From contig DASWEI010000098.1 in the NCBI GenBank assembly GCA_036394835.1, positions 486 to 64,485 on the forward strand: a stretch of DNA of 64,000 nucleotides. The letters run 5' to 3'. This document shows positions 63,603 to 64,000 of the stretch, in pieces; within the stretch, counting starts at the first letter, position 1; each line of letters starts with the position of its first letter. Position numbers and translations under genes: made by a program. The notes below the pieces were generated by a model. The model worked only from the letters and a program-made list of their open reading frames with translations, did not search any database and was not told the origin of the DNA. Source of the DNA: Anaeromyxobacter sp. (GTDB taxonomy: Bacteria > Myxococcota > Myxococcia > Myxococcales > Anaeromyxobacteraceae).

Positions 63603-64000
63603 ATGGAATCGATCTTCGAGGGAGAGGCGCTCCTGCGCATCGGCCGCGCGGCGGCGGAGCGGGCGTGGGCCGAGGGCATGACCGTCCTCAGGCCCGACGG
63701 GGCCGTCGTGCCGATCCCGCTCGTCGCGGAGCCCGAGGTGCTCTCTCGCGCCGCGATCGCGGCGGTCGCCCGGGAGGCGCAGGCGATCCTGTCCGGCTCG
63801 GTGAAGCTCGCGCGCACCCTCCTCGCGTCCGGCGACGTCCGCGACCGCGCCGCCCTCGTCGAGCCGTTCTCCGGCCTCGAGGCCGAGGCGATGGCGCGCC
63901 TCTTCGACGCGCCGCTCCCGGTGATGGTCGCGCGGGTGGACTTCCTCTTGCCGCAGGCGGGCGGCGCCCCGCGCGCGCTCGAGCTCAACGCGACGATCCC
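63603..64000 (+). CDS. 5' part of an ATP-grasp-like protein (runs off window; absent from the ORF track)
   Basis: Open frame MESIFEGEALL...VARVDFLL...RALELNATI; R.D...E.N pattern of glutathione-synthase / circularly permuted ATP-grasp ligases. Confidence 0.6.
   Translation, partial: MESIFEGEALLRIGRAAAERAWAEGMTVLRPDGAVVPIPLVAEPEVLSRAAIAAVAREAQAILSGSVKLARTLLASGDVRDRAALVEPFSGLEAEAMARLFDAPLPVMVARVDFLLPQAGGAPRALELNATI

Overview
Very GC-rich bacterial DNA. Gene content (Tat molybdoenzyme, hopanoid genes, TPR lipoproteins, sxtIJK-like module) fits an Anaeromyxobacter-like member of the Myxococcota, which is an inference. The first 23 kb hold a near-complete hopanoid cluster (hpnJ-hpnL-dxs-hpnA-hpnH-fni-CrtI-like-CrtB/HpnD-like-shc-CruF-like-hpnG-hpnK-hpnI). 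It has no recognisable hpnC, hpnE, hpnM or hpnN, and it abuts a BstA/BstB/BstC-like (sterol-transporter-type) trio, a DUF3187 outer-membrane protein and a metK. Next is an OsmC-like gene whose apparent UGA stop is probably a selenocysteine codon (a SECIS-like hairpin follows it), lying divergent from an ArsR with three Cys-Cys pairs and a methyltransferase. The middle of the window carries a DSD1 aldolase, an aldo/keto reductase, EmrAB-type efflux, a GT-C-like membrane protein, decayed gene remnants, a MASE3 hybrid kinase and a tetronate catabolic cluster (denD, otnKCI, ABC transporter, lambda-crystallin-like dehydrogenase). The last third carries an SGNH / ferritin-like-SxtJ / carbamoyltransferase / DUF5989 / methyltransferase module, a TtrBA-like molybdoenzyme without a membrane anchor, fluC, mobA, fabI, an IscA/ErpA-family gene, an SDR and pduO. 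No rRNA, tRNA, CRISPR array, transposase or integrase was seen. All family assignments come from motif recognition by eye, not database searches.
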